This document shows, piece after piece, positions 49,765 to 59,942 of a stretch of DNA of 64,000 nt. The translations under genes were made by a program, and so were the position numbers. Within the stretch, counting starts at the first letter, position 1. Every line of letters starts with the position of its first letter. The notes beneath the pieces were generated by a model. That model was given only the letters and a program-made list of their open reading frames with translations, did not search any database and was not told the DNA's origin. The DNA comes from an uncultured delta proteobacterium (GTDB lineage Bacteria > Desulfobacterota > Binatia > Bin18), in assembly GCA_963733195.1 (NCBI GenBank), contig CAVTCR010000057.1, positions 2,589 through 66,588 of the forward strand, in the 5' to 3' direction.

Positions 49765-50865
49765 ATGCGCCTACCATATCGAGTCATTGATGCAGACGGT
49801 CATGTCGATGAAAAAGCGGTGAACTGGGTAGAGTTAGTGCCGGAACAGTACCGCCGAGACGCGCCAACTTGGGTGACGTACCCTGATGGCCGCAAACATC
49901 TTATGGTCGAAGGAAAACCGTGGCCAAGCCGGCGTGATTTTTATGGGCAGCTTGGGATGTGGCCGGAACCACGCAAACCGAAACATATGTGGGGCTGGGA
50001 TCGTGAAGGGATGCAAAATTCCCATAAGCGTATTCCTGATATGGACCTCGAAGGCATCGACGTTGCCGTACTCTTTGGGACCTTCGTTGGTCTTGGTGCT
50101 GCTGCGTCTATCGAAGATCCTGGCCTGGCGATGGCAGTTTCGGTAGCGTATAACAATTGGTTATCAGATTACTGTAAGCCATATGCTAATCGTCTAAAGG
50201 GTATTGCGATGATTCCTATGCAATCGCCGGAGGCTGCACGGGCGGAAATTCGTCGCACGGTAGAAAAGCTTGACTTCGTTGGTGTGCAGGCACTGGCCAA
50301 TTTCGGCGGTAAGCTGCTGCATGAAGAGCAGTTTGATCCGATATGGCGTGAATGCGAGGGGCTCGGCGTGCCAGTCTGCGTACACATTATCTCGACCAAC
50401 TGTGCCGGGATCGATCGGTTCGATCGCTATGTTTTCAAACATGCTTTTTACCCGATGGATACAATGTTGGCGGTTGCGTCTTTCACTGCCGGTGGCATTC
50501 TTGAAAAGTATCCCAAGTTGAAGGTTGGGTTTATGGAAGCGGGGGTAGGGTGGATTCCGTGGATGATGGATCGTCTGCACGAACATTACGAGTTACTACC
50601 GCAGCAGATGCCTTGGCAGACCCGTGACCCACTCGACTGGCTGAAGAGTGAAAACTGCTTCTATGCTGTGGAGCCAGAAGAAACGACTATTGCGTATGTT
50701 GCCCAAATGGTTGGGGAAAATCGTCTTGTGTATGCCTCTGACTACTCACATTGGGATTGTTTGTGTCCCGACTCGGTTAAAGTGCTCAATGAACGGACTG
50801 ACCTGTCTGATGATCTAAAGCGCAAACTGTTTGGTGAGAATGCCGCGCGGTTGTTTAACCTATAG
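49765..50865 (+). CDS. Amidohydrolase-2 family metal-dependent hydrolase/decarboxylase (ACMSD-like)
   Basis: 366 aa. N-terminal IDADGHV metal-binding motif and TIM-barrel amidohydrolase pattern. Confidence 0.8.
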   Translation: MRLPYRVIDADGHVDEKAVNWVELVPEQYRRDAPTWVTYPDGRKHLMVEGKPWPSRRDFYGQLGMWPEPRKPKHMWGWDREGMQNSHKRIPDMDLEGIDVAVLFGTFVGLGAAASIEDPGLAMAVSVAYNNWLSDYCKPYANRLKGIAMIPMQSPEAARAEIRRTVEKLDFVGVQALANFGGKLLHEEQFDPIWRECEGLGVPVCVHIISTNCAGIDRFDRYVFKHAFYPMDTMLAVASFTAGGILEKYPKLKVGFMEAGVGWIPWMMDRLHEHYELLPQQMPWQTRDPLDWLKSENCFYAVEPEETTIAYVAQMVGENRLVYASDYSHWDCLCPDSVKVLNERTDLSDDLKRKLFGENAARLFNL

Positions 50866-50958
50866 AGACTAGGGGTCAGGGTTCAGGGGCCAGAGGTCGG
50901 TTTTGTTTATACCAGTACCTGATTTCCAAGCCCTAGCCTCAGTGAGCGGAAACGAGCA

Positions 50959-51993
50959 ATGAATAATTGGATTACTCCCGACGGTTACAAATCCGGCATC
51001 GAAGAAGTAGCCCCGAAAGTCTATGCCTACGTCCAGGCGTTTGGTGAACTCGGAGTGAGTAACGCTGGGCTGCTACTCGACAAAGATGGCGTGATGGCTG
51101 TTGATGCGCTGATGGTGCCGTCGATGACGCGCCGTTTCCTTGATGCCATCAAAAAAGTGACGAAAAAACCGGTAACGCGTCTGGTCAATACCCATCATCA
51201 TATTGATCACACAGGTGGTAACTCATTCTTTCGCGAAGCAGAAATTGTCAGCCATACGTTTTGTCGAGAGGAGATCGTTCGTACTGGGTTACCAGTTGAA
51301 TTCTTGCAAAAACGAATTCCGCGCTTCGCGGCTGAGTTTCCCAAGGTCAAACTCGCAGTGCCAGAAGTGACGTTTGAAGACCGCATGGTCTTCCATCAAG
51401 CGGGGCGAGACGTTGAGTTGCGTCACCTGGGACCGGCACATACATTTGGTGATGCTTTCGTTCTTCTGCCAAAAGACAAAGTGCTCTTTGCCGGGGATCT
51501 GGCATTCTACTACGTGACACCGTTGGCGTTTCAGGGTCACGTCGGTAACTGGATCAAAGTGGCCGATCGCATTCTCAAGATGGATGTAGAGACGATCGTT
51601 CCAGGGCACGGTCCGATCGGTGGCAAGAAGGAACTCCGTGAAATGCGTGCGTACCTCGCGCTGATCCGGCGCGAAGCTAAGAAACGTTTCGATGCAAAGA
51701 TGACCGCCGAGCAAGCTGCACGCGATGTAAAGTTAGGGATCTACGCTCGTTGGCGCGAACCAGAGCGCATTCTCCCCAACATCATGCGGTTGTATCAGGA
51801 GTTCCGCAACGAACTCGATGAGCCACTTGACGGGATGGCCATATTTGAAGGCATGCGTATACTCCGCTGCCGAATGGCACGGTCACGACACCGGCGAGCC
51901 GGATATGTGTTGTGCGTAGGACCGTTACCTCGAGTGCAACTTGGGAAGAAGCTGTGGATTCCGATGCACTCCAGACGCTCCACAGTAGCTTAG
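50959..51993 (+). CDS. MBL-fold metallo-hydrolase
   Basis: NTHHHIDHTGGN (HxHxDH). The C-terminal ~45 aa are Arg-rich and may not be part of the real protein. Confidence 0.75.
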   Translation: MNNWITPDGYKSGIEEVAPKVYAYVQAFGELGVSNAGLLLDKDGVMAVDALMVPSMTRRFLDAIKKVTKKPVTRLVNTHHHIDHTGGNSFFREAEIVSHTFCREEIVRTGLPVEFLQKRIPRFAAEFPKVKLAVPEVTFEDRMVFHQAGRDVELRHLGPAHTFGDAFVLLPKDKVLFAGDLAFYYVTPLAFQGHVGNWIKVADRILKMDVETIVPGHGPIGGKKELREMRAYLALIRREAKKRFDAKMTAEQAARDVKLGIYARWREPERILPNIMRLYQEFRNELDEPLDGMAIFEGMRILRCRMARSRHRRAGYVLCVGPLPRVQLGKKLWIPMHSRRSTVA

Positions 51994-52021
51994 GTCCGCA
52001 ACGAGTGCCTTTCAACAACGC

Positions 52022-54049
52022 CTACCCCCCGGACACGGACATTGATCGTCTCAGTTTCGCTTGCTGCCTGCCTTCTCCTGGGGGAAAATCAACACGAATC
52101 TCAGTCCCTCGGCCACGTGTGCTACTCACATACATTGCGCCACCGCAGGCTTCCACGCGCTGGCGCATGTAGAGGAGCCCGTATTGTTCATCTAATGGTT
52201 CCTCAACATCAAATCCTTGCCCGTCATCGGTGATCATGAGTGAAACCCCGGACTGTTCTTGGGTGAAGGCAATATGGACATTCTGTGCGTGTGCGTGCTG
52301 CCGGACATTGCGTAACGCTTCCTGGATGATGCGAAACAAGGTCAGACTCGTGTCGTCGGAGAGTTGAGGGGATTGAGGCGACGCCTGGAGCGTGACAGAG
52401 AACGTCCCTTGTTCTTGCACGCCAGCGATGTACTCGCGCAGTGTTTCGACGAGGCCAGCGTTATCGAGGAGAGAAGGATGGAGCTCGTTACTCAAATTCC
52501 GACCGGTGGCTGCTACCGTATCGAGTTCAGCCGCGAGATGTGTAACACGTTCCTTCAGTTCTGGCAGACGTTGTCCGACCAATTCCTGACAGGCACGGAA
52601 ATCTTTAATGACCTGAAACAGTTTCTCGCCCAAACGTTCGTGCCACTCTTCAACCTCACGTTTGCGTTCCTGTTCCTGCGCTCTAATGATCATGCGCAGA
52701 GAATCACGCTGCGAGTGTTCAGTGGTACGAGCATCCTCGAGTTCCCACGCTCGTTCAATGAGCATTGCAGTATCCTCGGCCGCGAGTGTGAGGAGTTGGA
52801 GATCAGCGGCATCAAAGGGTCCTCCGCCTTTTTTGTCGGCCAAGACTATACATCCCAAAGGGTACTGTGCATGCAACCGCACGATGATGAGATTATGCTG
52901 TGCCCACTCCTGCATTTGCGAAGTAGTCTGGAGCTGCGTCCGAATCTGATCTGAGGATTCCAAAACCACGATTCCCTGTTCCAATGCTTGATGCAGGATT
53001 CCGTTCGTGAGCGAGGCGTTGAGTTCGTTCTTCGTCGGAATGGGCAACTGACCTGAAGTAGCAATCCGATCGGTCTGTTTCCGCTGAGGGTCGACAAGGA
53101 GAACTCCCGTGCCACGGCACGGAACTAATCGGATGATCTCATCGGCCAATTGCTGCAGAAGGTCGTCAAGATCAAGCGGTGAGAGGGCACGATGGAAGGA
53201 AAGTAATCGTTCGGCTCTGCTCCGTTCTGGTGATGGTGGTTGTCTGTGTCGATGATGTTCATAGCCGAGCATGCCACAGATGCCTGCGATGACAAAGGAA
53301 TACAGGGCGGGTGGAAAGATAGCGCTGAACCAGTGCTCTCCATTTGGAGAAAGAGTTGCGAGTCCGATACTGAGGACAGTACTGACAAGCGCGGCCCTGA
53401 AGCCATCCGCAAGGCCAAACCGAGTCGCTGCTGCTATGATGATGCCATAAAAATATACATAAGCAGGGCTGTACAACCCGCCGCTGCCCGCGCACAAGGC
53501 ACCCACTAGTAGCAAATCCATCACGATTGAGAGCATGCGGGGAAGGATTCTGCCGCGATAGGCAAGCGCGTGCAGCACACCGCAATAGGCAAGACCGATA
53601 AGACTCAGCCACACGACGCTTGGCTGTGCAACCGGAGTCGCCGTATAAACACGGACACACCACGTAGCGATGGCTAGCCAACGCAGGTAAACCCAAAGCT
53701 TTTCACTACCACGTAAACGGCTAGTAGCTTGTTCGCGTAGCACAGGTGACCATGAAGTCGAATATAATGCTGACACCCCCTCCAACCTTTCCGCATGCTG
53801 CTTTACTTCTGCTAGTACATTGGCGTTTCTTGTTCTTCGTCTACGGAGGAGGTAGCATAGCTGAGCGAAACGAGCAACGGATTCCGCCACATTGGTCAAA
53901 GGACAAGTTGCCTGGATAGGCGTATGGAGAGAAAGCCGGAGAGCTACAGTAATGCACCCTGCCATTGTCCTCCCAAAAACCATCGACGAGGGAAAACCCC
54001 GTGAGGTGCAAACGCTCCTCGCCGACCAATGGCGTAAACTTGTTCTCAT
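52022..54049 (-). CDS. Membrane sensor histidine kinase: TM region - GAF - HisKA_3 - HATPase (NarL-partner type)
   Basis: 675 aa. Multiple TM helices, GAF-like middle, dimerisation/His region (EQERKREVEEWHERLGEKLFQ), ATPase (EALRNVRQHAHAQNVHI...GRGTEI). No response regulator gene is adjacent. Confidence 0.8.
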   Translation of the reverse strand: MRTSLRHWSARSVCTSRGFPSSMVFGRTMAGCITVALRLSLHTPIQATCPLTNVAESVARFAQLCYLLRRRRTRNANVLAEVKQHAERLEGVSALYSTSWSPVLREQATSRLRGSEKLWVYLRWLAIATWCVRVYTATPVAQPSVVWLSLIGLAYCGVLHALAYRGRILPRMLSIVMDLLLVGALCAGSGGLYSPAYVYFYGIIIAAATRFGLADGFRAALVSTVLSIGLATLSPNGEHWFSAIFPPALYSFVIAGICGMLGYEHHRHRQPPSPERSRAERLLSFHRALSPLDLDDLLQQLADEIIRLVPCRGTGVLLVDPQRKQTDRIATSGQLPIPTKNELNASLTNGILHQALEQGIVVLESSDQIRTQLQTTSQMQEWAQHNLIIVRLHAQYPLGCIVLADKKGGGPFDAADLQLLTLAAEDTAMLIERAWELEDARTTEHSQRDSLRMIIRAQEQERKREVEEWHERLGEKLFQVIKDFRACQELVGQRLPELKERVTHLAAELDTVAATGRNLSNELHPSLLDNAGLVETLREYIAGVQEQGTFSVTLQASPQSPQLSDDTSLTLFRIIQEALRNVRQHAHAQNVHIAFTQEQSGVSLMITDDGQGFDVEEPLDEQYGLLYMRQRVEACGGAMYVSSTRGRGTEIRVDFPPGEGRQQAKLRRSMSVSGG

Positions 54050-54299
54050 CTCCTTGCGTCAGGGAGCGCTTTTGGCCGACCATTCTGCACGTGTACCGAT
54101 TACTGTTCATGCAATTGTGGGCACGGGAGTACTGCGAGTAGGAAACGACGAGTATGCCCTCGCGCCAGGAGTAATTGTTCCGATCGACGCGCATGTCGTT
54201 CACAATGTCCAGGCTGGGCCTGACCTCGCCATCTTAGTGACGTTCTTTCGTCAAGCCGAGCACACGGGGGAGCCGGACACAACTGCACGATTCGAATAG
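53952..54299 (+). CDS. Cupin domain protein
   Basis: Start taken at the Met at 53952 (MHPAIVLPK...). The single-domain beta-barrel pattern supports a cupin. Confidence 0.45.
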   Translation: MHPAIVLPKTIDEGKPREVQTLLADQWRKLVLISLRQGALLADHSARVPITVHAIVGTGVLRVGNDEYALAPGVIVPIDAHVVHNVQAGPDLAILVTFFRQAEHTGEPDTTARFE

Positions 54300-54393
54300 G
54301 TGCGTCCTGCTGACTTTCCTTTCTCGCACTGCTGCGCTATAGGGGCGGGCGATACGTATGCTCCTCAGAGAGCAAAAGAAGAAAGGAGATGGC

Positions 54394-54713
54394 TTATGCT
54401 ATTTATGCTGAAAGCCCGGATTAATAAACCTGCGGGGATCTCGAACAAGGAGTTCTATGGTGTATGGCTGAAGGAAGCGGAGGCGGCAGTTGCAGCCCAC
54501 AAGGCCGGTGTCATTAAGGGAATCTGGAAAGTTGCGGGAAACCCAGAGGTAGTAGCGATTCTCGATGTTGAGTCTGCTGATGTTTTAGAGTCGGCAGTAT
54601 TGAGTTTGCCGATCTGGAAGCTAGGATACTCACACATGGTGAATGTGGAATGGAGTGTGCTGCGCCCATACGAGAATTGGTATGAGGATCTCAAGAAGTT
54701 AGCAGCGGAATGA
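54394..54713 (+). CDS. Muconolactone delta-isomerase-like small protein
   Basis: ~106 aa from MLFMLKARINKP. Resembles CatC-type muconolactone isomerases (MLFHV.M.V start, ...WKV.G...LPIWKL). Confidence 0.45.
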
Positions 54714-54904
54714 GAGCCTATCCAAATACCCACTGCCGCTCGGCGCTGTCATTCTGAGCGAAGCGAAGAATCTCTCAATCTCTCTGAGAGCCCCTTCGTT
54801 TCACTCAGGGTGACAACTTTCGTGTCCCAATCTTTTGTGACCAGACCTAAATCAGACCACAGAACATTTGTACACTGTAACACTTGCTGTGAAATCCTCC
54901 CTGT

Positions 54905-54982
54905 CCCTCCTTTAGGAAAAGGAGGGAACCCAATTGCCCCCTTTCGCAAAGGGGGCCGCGCGCAGCGCGGGGGGATTTTGTC
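54905..54982. terminator. Bidirectional terminator region between convergent genes (three consecutive hairpins plus a T-run)
   Basis: TCCCTCCTTTAGGAAAAGGAGGGA, GCCCCCTTTCGCAAAGGGGGC, CCGCGCGCAGCGCGGGGGG, then ATTTTGTC. Confidence 0.5.
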
Positions 54983-55017
54983 AGGGACTGCGCCAATCTC
55001 ATATGGTTCGATTTAGA

Positions 55018-56406
55018 CTACCGTTTCCCCTCGCTGAGCTTGTTGATGTCATAGCGTTCTGCGATCTCGGCAGCGGTCGGTTGGGGATAGACAATTTCAT
55101 AGGCAGAAAAAATTGTCGCCTGTTCCTTCTGGAAATCGATAATGGTGAAGCCGATGTTGCGCGGCAAACGCTGTCCGCGATCGACATCAGGCTGGCTTGA
55201 GTCTTCTGACCAGCCATGCAGCATGTCGATAATTTTCCACAGTTTTCCCTGCTTATCAAAAATCAACACCATGGCAGTTTCATACGTCTGTGCATCCCAG
55301 AAGTAGATCTTGCTACCGTAGGTACGATCGACAATCGGCGTCTGCTCCAGCACGGCACATGGACGGAGTTCCCAACGATCATTCGGAAGCCAGCCGTTGG
55401 GGCCGTAGAACCGCGCATAGGGATGTTGCGAGTTCATCACATGCAGAATGGGTTTCCAGCCGAGGAACTTCCATTGATGATCCAACACCCGACCAGAGAA
55501 GCCGGTGAAGTCATCTAACGTCATCTCTGTACCACCAACGTGATCGTCACGTTCAGTGAGAGAGAGCCGGCGCGTTTTCCGGAGCTGTGGTAAGAATCCC
55601 CACGCGTCGTCTTGTTTGCGCGGATCATCATAACGATATACGAGAAACCGCTGTCCACGCACATCATACGGTTCGAGAAATTCGACATAGTCTTTGTATT
55701 CAAACTCTCCCGCGCCTTCGATGGGGAGCATGTGACTGGCATTGCCTGCCTGCGAGAGGTGATTGTGGTACACGCGTTGATACAGTGCGACGAGGTGTCG
55801 AATCGCTTTCCCGCCACCTTGGATCAGATCGGGTGGAAACCCGGAGAGTTGCGAACCAGAACCGCCTTTGGCCATCAGCGCCCCAAGGTACCGTCTGACA
55901 TGCATGCCGTAGTTCTGCCAACGATAGTTGAAATTCCAGGCTGCTTTGAGTCCCGCCTGTGGATCACCTGGAGTGATTAACGCACGGGAAAACGGTTGGC
56001 CGGCGACATATCCTTCGAGCGCGCCATCGCCAGCGAGTTTAGTTTGACCAGAGTATTGTTCTGTTGCAGCAAGGTAGTCTGGATGTGGCGTATAGTTTCC
56101 AGAGGGAGAGACACGAAACTCAGCCTCGGAGAAATTAAACTCGTCAATGTAACGTGGAGGAAGAAAAGGTCGGAGCTTATCGAGGTCAGCCTGTTTTAGT
56201 ACCTCCCCTTCTTTGAATTTCGGCGGGGTTTCGAGGTTAGTTTCGATCCATTTCTGAATATCCTCACGGGTTGGCAATGTTGGTCCGTCAGCATGAGCAC
56301 TACATGTGAGAACTGCTCCGAGGAAGTAGAAAAGAACGAACAACCTAGGACTACCAACGGTCACATAGGAACGCAAGGCACCCTCCAACACAATTGATAA
56401 TGGCAC
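55018..56406 (-). CDS. Secreted protein with signal peptide, possibly DUF1329-like
   Basis: 462 aa. N-terminal hydrophobic signal (LFVLFYFLGAVLTCSAHA). Family assignment is from memory of sequence patterns only. Confidence 0.4.
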   Translation of the reverse strand: MPLSIVLEGALRSYVTVGSPRLFVLFYFLGAVLTCSAHADGPTLPTREDIQKWIETNLETPPKFKEGEVLKQADLDKLRPFLPPRYIDEFNFSEAEFRVSPSGNYTPHPDYLAATEQYSGQTKLAGDGALEGYVAGQPFSRALITPGDPQAGLKAAWNFNYRWQNYGMHVRRYLGALMAKGGSGSQLSGFPPDLIQGGGKAIRHLVALYQRVYHNHLSQAGNASHMLPIEGAGEFEYKDYVEFLEPYDVRGQRFLVYRYDDPRKQDDAWGFLPQLRKTRRLSLTERDDHVGGTEMTLDDFTGFSGRVLDHQWKFLGWKPILHVMNSQHPYARFYGPNGWLPNDRWELRPCAVLEQTPIVDRTYGSKIYFWDAQTYETAMVLIFDKQGKLWKIIDMLHGWSEDSSQPDVDRGQRLPRNIGFTIIDFQKEQATIFSAYEIVYPQPTAAEIAERYDINKLSEGKR

Positions 56407-56475
56407 TCAGGGTAACTGAGCTGTCAGGGGCATGCAATGTCACAAGAAGGAGAGGGGGGCTTCTTCCCTGCGAGT

Positions 56476-57630
56476 TCAGAGCGCCAGCTGAGAGCTGTTG
56501 ATCTGTTCCTCGATAATCCATTCGCCTGTACGGCTCAGAGTGATACTTTCTGGGCTTAGATCCGTAGGAAGCTGTGGTGCCGTTTGCGCTGCTCTTTCAA
56601 AGGCACTGTGGCTTTCTAGTCCGATCGCCTTCAAGACTGGAGTGTGGATCTCTTGCTGATGAATCTCGGCATTATAAAAGCTGGTCCGCAATACTGCACG
56701 GAGAAACGCGCGGGCATTCGGGATAAGCCGTATGGCTGGCATCTCAAAGCCACCAATAACCTTGGCAAGTACCTCAAACGTGCATGAAGGAAAATACTTA
56801 ATCGCGCTTTGCACGATGCGCAAGAAGAGACCATGGTGGGCAATCTCGTCAAGTGCGACAAGACGACAAGCTTCCGAAGCCCCTACTTCAAACCCGCGCT
56901 CTTGTTCTGCAGGTGTTAACGTAGTGGATAAGCCATACTCCTGACGGATACGGAGTCGGAGCTTCTGATAGTGGAAGTAGGTTGAGCGTTCTTGGAACAT
57001 GGCATAGGCCGCTGCTCCGATAGGAGTATCGAGGCCTGCATGCTGCAGCACATTCCAACGCGTGTTCTGAGCTTTCGTCATATAGACTTGCAGTTGTTCC
57101 TCCGTACGAGCACCGGAGTGTTTGAGCACGACCTCCCAGGTGACGCCGTGACGGGCTTCTTCCGCTCCCCACTGTAACTGCAAGTTGCGTCGCGTGCGAT
57201 TCTGCTGAAAGATCGCTAACCCTTCCTGGACATAGTCGCCGACGTATTCTTCGATACCGAAGAAACCTTCGATCAAGTCCACAGTTTCGGGACTGAGCTG
57301 GTGTCCCAACTGGCGTATTTCTTCCAGTGGAAGGTTGTGCCACGGCGACCAATTGCGAAGTGACATGGCGCGGCCATAGTACTCAATATAGTGTTCTGTC
57401 ACCTCACGGTCGAAGGCACGCTGGCGTGCTTCTGCTGTCCAGGGGCCAGTGATGATTTCCGGGAGGTCGCGCTGTGGCGAAGGGGTCTGAGTAAACATCA
57501 GGGGAGTGTCGCTCCGTTCAGCGTGTCCCAGTGCGCTTATTGTCACAAGGATGCGCTGGCGATGATGGAAGGTAATCGCAGCCAGGTCCCACTCGGTTGA
57601 CGAGAAAGGGAGGCTTCGTGGACGCATCAC
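56476..57630 (-). CDS. Soluble di-iron acyl-ACP desaturase family protein
   Basis: Two EExxH-type di-iron motifs (WGAEEARHG and LDEIAHHG). The real start may be the internal Met near 57498. Confidence 0.7.
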   Translation of the reverse strand: MMRPRSLPFSSTEWDLAAITFHHRQRILVTISALGHAERSDTPLMFTQTPSPQRDLPEIITGPWTAEARQRAFDREVTEHYIEYYGRAMSLRNWSPWHNLPLEEIRQLGHQLSPETVDLIEGFFGIEEYVGDYVQEGLAIFQQNRTRRNLQLQWGAEEARHGVTWEVVLKHSGARTEEQLQVYMTKAQNTRWNVLQHAGLDTPIGAAAYAMFQERSTYFHYQKLRLRIRQEYGLSTTLTPAEQERGFEVGASEACRLVALDEIAHHGLFLRIVQSAIKYFPSCTFEVLAKVIGGFEMPAIRLIPNARAFLRAVLRTSFYNAEIHQQEIHTPVLKAIGLESHSAFERAAQTAPQLPTDLSPESITLSRTGEWIIEEQINSSQLAL

Positions 57631-58065
57631 CTTGAGTGACTTTTACAAAAGTGAAATGCATAAGGAAAGTTTGATCTGACGCCGCAGAATATCAGGTCGG
57701 CCTGTCCGGGGCAATCCGGCAAATTCTTATAACTGAGAGACCGCTGCAATAGCACCATTCTGTGATGACTATTCCACCTACTTTTAGTTCTCTTTCTTGT
57801 AATAGCCAGGCATAGGAGAAGATGCTTGATCTTTTTTCTTGGTCTTCTGTTTACCATGCTGCATTCTGGATTTAAATGGTACGAATCAGCTTTGCACTGT
57901 ACCTAAGCTGCAGATTATCAGGTCATTTAAGGAAAACAGTCCTTCGATGGCTCAATCAGTCAATCGCTTAATGACTCAATTCTTCTAACGGGCGATCTCA
58001 ACCGCTTTCAGGAAGCACGCTTCGGCTTCTGCTTGGGGGGCGAAGGCCAGGGGGTCGGGGATCGG

Positions 58066-58272
58066 TCACTGATAACTGGTCGTGAGCACCGTGTCACTCA
58101 CGATTGTTCCTGCCCACACGGCATCCAAGAGTTCATCTTTGGTCACCAAGCAATCCGGATGTTCGACCAGATAGCGTAACACTGCAAAGGTCTTAGGCCG
58201 CAAAGCTATCAGCTCGTCCGCGTGCCAGAGCTGCTCAGTCTCTAGGTCCAGATGAAAGGGAGGAAAAACAAG
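58066..58272 (-). pseudogene. Truncated N-terminal winged-helix (OmpR/CadC-type trans_reg_C) domain of a regulator; remainder of the gene absent
   Basis: ...FPPFHLDLETEQLWHADELIALRPKTFAVLRYLVEHPDCLVTKDELLDAVWAGTIVSDTVLTTSYQ*. The stop abuts a G-rich repeat at 58030-58062. Confidence 0.5.
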
Positions 58273-58413
58273 GCCATCCGTTTCTCCATGTCCTCTGCTT
58301 ACCAACTCTGACACCGAAATACCACCGAAATAGCACCGTTTTGTTATGACTGCACACGCGGAGCAGTGCATAGTCTCCCTGACAGGCAGGATCTCACACC
58401 TAGGGGATGACCT

Positions 58414-58614
58414 ATGACACACATTACTATACCGGCACCACCGCTGCTTCCAGAGTGGGCCTTTGTCGTGCAGTTCCACGAAGGGACGGGCATGGAACAT
58501 GATCGTATGGAGGGCCGCGTCGAGCATATCGTGTCGGGCCAGGCAATACGGTTTCACTCACTGGAGGAGTTGTTGACGTTCATGACGCGAGTCCTGACTG
58601 CTCTGCACACATAG
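58414..58614 (+). CDS. Hypothetical small protein
   Basis: 66-aa ORF divergent from the winged-helix fragment. No motif. Confidence 0.25.
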   Translation: MTHITIPAPPLLPEWAFVVQFHEGTGMEHDRMEGRVEHIVSGQAIRFHSLEELLTFMTRVLTALHT

Positions 58615-58622
58615 CCTCAGCA

Positions 58623-59252
58623 ATGCGTAAGAGTGAGGTGCACCTGAGAACAAACACTCCCAGATCAGCATTGCGGAAGTTTCAGAACGTTGTGGATCAA
58701 TCAGCAGAAAGTAGAACACTCGATGACCGCACTACACAAAAAATACGAACTGGTCTGGCAGCGGTGGTTTTGCTCCTCGCCAGCCAAGATGCCAATGCAG
58801 CTTCGGCTGCGGATACCTGTCCAATGGAAAACAAACTACCCATTGCCCTTGACCGCGCTCAACAACATGAGCGCGAACCCCACGAATTCGCTGAGGTGGC
58901 GATGGTTGCCGGTTCATTCGAGCGCACGCAGATCATAGAGGATGTAGTGGAGTACGCTTTTCTGCTCAAAGTCGGTCCGGGCGAGCATGACCTGATCCGC
59001 TTGCAAAGGCTTCTGGCCACTGGCTTGTCAACCTCCTCGCTTCAGGATTTGATCCAGCACTACAGACAACGTGGGAACTGGAGCGACTTCTATGCCGCTT
59101 TGGGTGTGCTTATGACCCGATTGGGGCAGCGCTGGCCGATGCACAGCGTTATCATAACGAAAGATCAGGATATTGGACGCATCTTGATAATGGTAGGCAT
59201 ACATGAGCTTTGGCTCAGCCTGGCTTATGTCTACGAACTCGCGGAAGGATAA
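58623..59252 (+). CDS. Hypothetical secreted protein
   Basis: 209 aa. Signal-like segment LAAVVLLLASQDANAASAA. Confidence 0.35.
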   Translation: MRKSEVHLRTNTPRSALRKFQNVVDQSAESRTLDDRTTQKIRTGLAAVVLLLASQDANAASAADTCPMENKLPIALDRAQQHEREPHEFAEVAMVAGSFERTQIIEDVVEYAFLLKVGPGEHDLIRLQRLLATGLSTSSLQDLIQHYRQRGNWSDFYAALGVLMTRLGQRWPMHSVIITKDQDIGRILIMVGIHELWLSLAYVYELAEG

Positions 59253-59414
59253 CGTAGACCCGTCAGGAAATTGTAATGAGCCTGAGACGAAGCCCCGCAC
59301 CGCTGACCGTTGATCGACTTGCAGTGAGAGGAGGATGCCCTCACCGGAAGCGATGGTGGCGTGCAACGCTTTCTCCAGGTCTTGAACGTACTCAGGGAAG
59401 GTGGCAGCGGGCAT
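59028..59414 (-). CDS. Putative TA toxin, TumE/DUF6516-like
   Basis: 128 aa. ...LMYAYHYQDASNILIFRYDNAVHRP...SGHKHT motif recalled for TumE-like proteins. Overlaps the upstream small gene by 23 nt. Confidence 0.35.
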   Translation of the reverse strand: MPAATFPEYVQDLEKALHATIASGEGILLSLQVDQRSAVRGFVSGSLQFPDGSTLSFREFVDISQAEPKLMYAYHYQDASNILIFRYDNAVHRPALPQSGHKHTQSGIEVAPVPTLSVVLDQILKRGG

Positions 59415-59688
59415 CCTCTAGCTCTCGTAGTTCCACTTCTAAGCCTGCTAATAATTTAGCTTCTCCGGCCCACTCTACATACTCCAAGTCTCCCCCAGTG
59501 AGGTCCTCGGCTGTCATATCATGTAGAAAATGTGCCGTGTCTTTCCCATAACGTGTTTCGAACTCCGTCAGTCGCCGCTTGGTCCGCTCGATGCTTGCAC
59601 GTAGGCGTTCTTTGTAAGCATCAAGCGCTTGCAGGACTGTCTGTGCACCTTCCCGATCGCGTAGTTCAATCACCAATTGCACACTCAT
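59392..59688 (-). CDS. Small acidic protein, putative antitoxin partner
   Basis: 98 aa (MSVQLVIELRDREGAQTVLQALDAYKERLRASIERTKRRLTEFETRYG...). Called as partner from the overlap. Confidence 0.3.
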   Translation of the reverse strand: MSVQLVIELRDREGAQTVLQALDAYKERLRASIERTKRRLTEFETRYGKDTAHFLHDMTAEDLTGGDLEYVEWAGEAKLLAGLEVELRELEDARCHLP

Positions 59689-59762
59689 AGCACTCTCCTT
59701 GTTTCTATAGTTCTCCTCTTACGTCCTTTGGGCAACACCCAGCGCCCAGCCTCGCTCCGCCT

Positions 59763-59942
59763 CTCGATTCACGACAATTCTTCCAGCAGCGCCTTCGCCT
59801 CTTGCAAATCCTTCGTTATCAACTTCCCTGGATGCTCAACGAGATAACGCAGCACAGCGAAGGTCTTAGGCCGTAAAGCGATTGCCTGGTCATCGCGCCA
59901 GAGCTGTTCGCTGCTCAGGTCCAACCGAAAGGGTGGGAAGTA
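59763..59942 (-). pseudogene. Second truncated copy of the winged-helix N-terminal fragment (59 codons)
   Basis: MYFPPFRLDLSSEQLWRDDQAIALRPKTFAVLRYLVEHPGKLITKDLQEAKALLEELS*. Same upstream motif as the 58066-58272 copy. Confidence 0.5.

Noticed and set aside
57631-58065. ORF 57627..57857(-) and a possible ncRNA in the AT-richer 430-bp gap
   Set aside because: The ORF is Arg/Lys-rich with no motif and sits in the promoter region of the desaturase. The lower GC is better explained by an intergenic regulatory region containing the conserved upstream motif. No recognisable structured RNA class such as tRNA, tmRNA or RNase P was seen.
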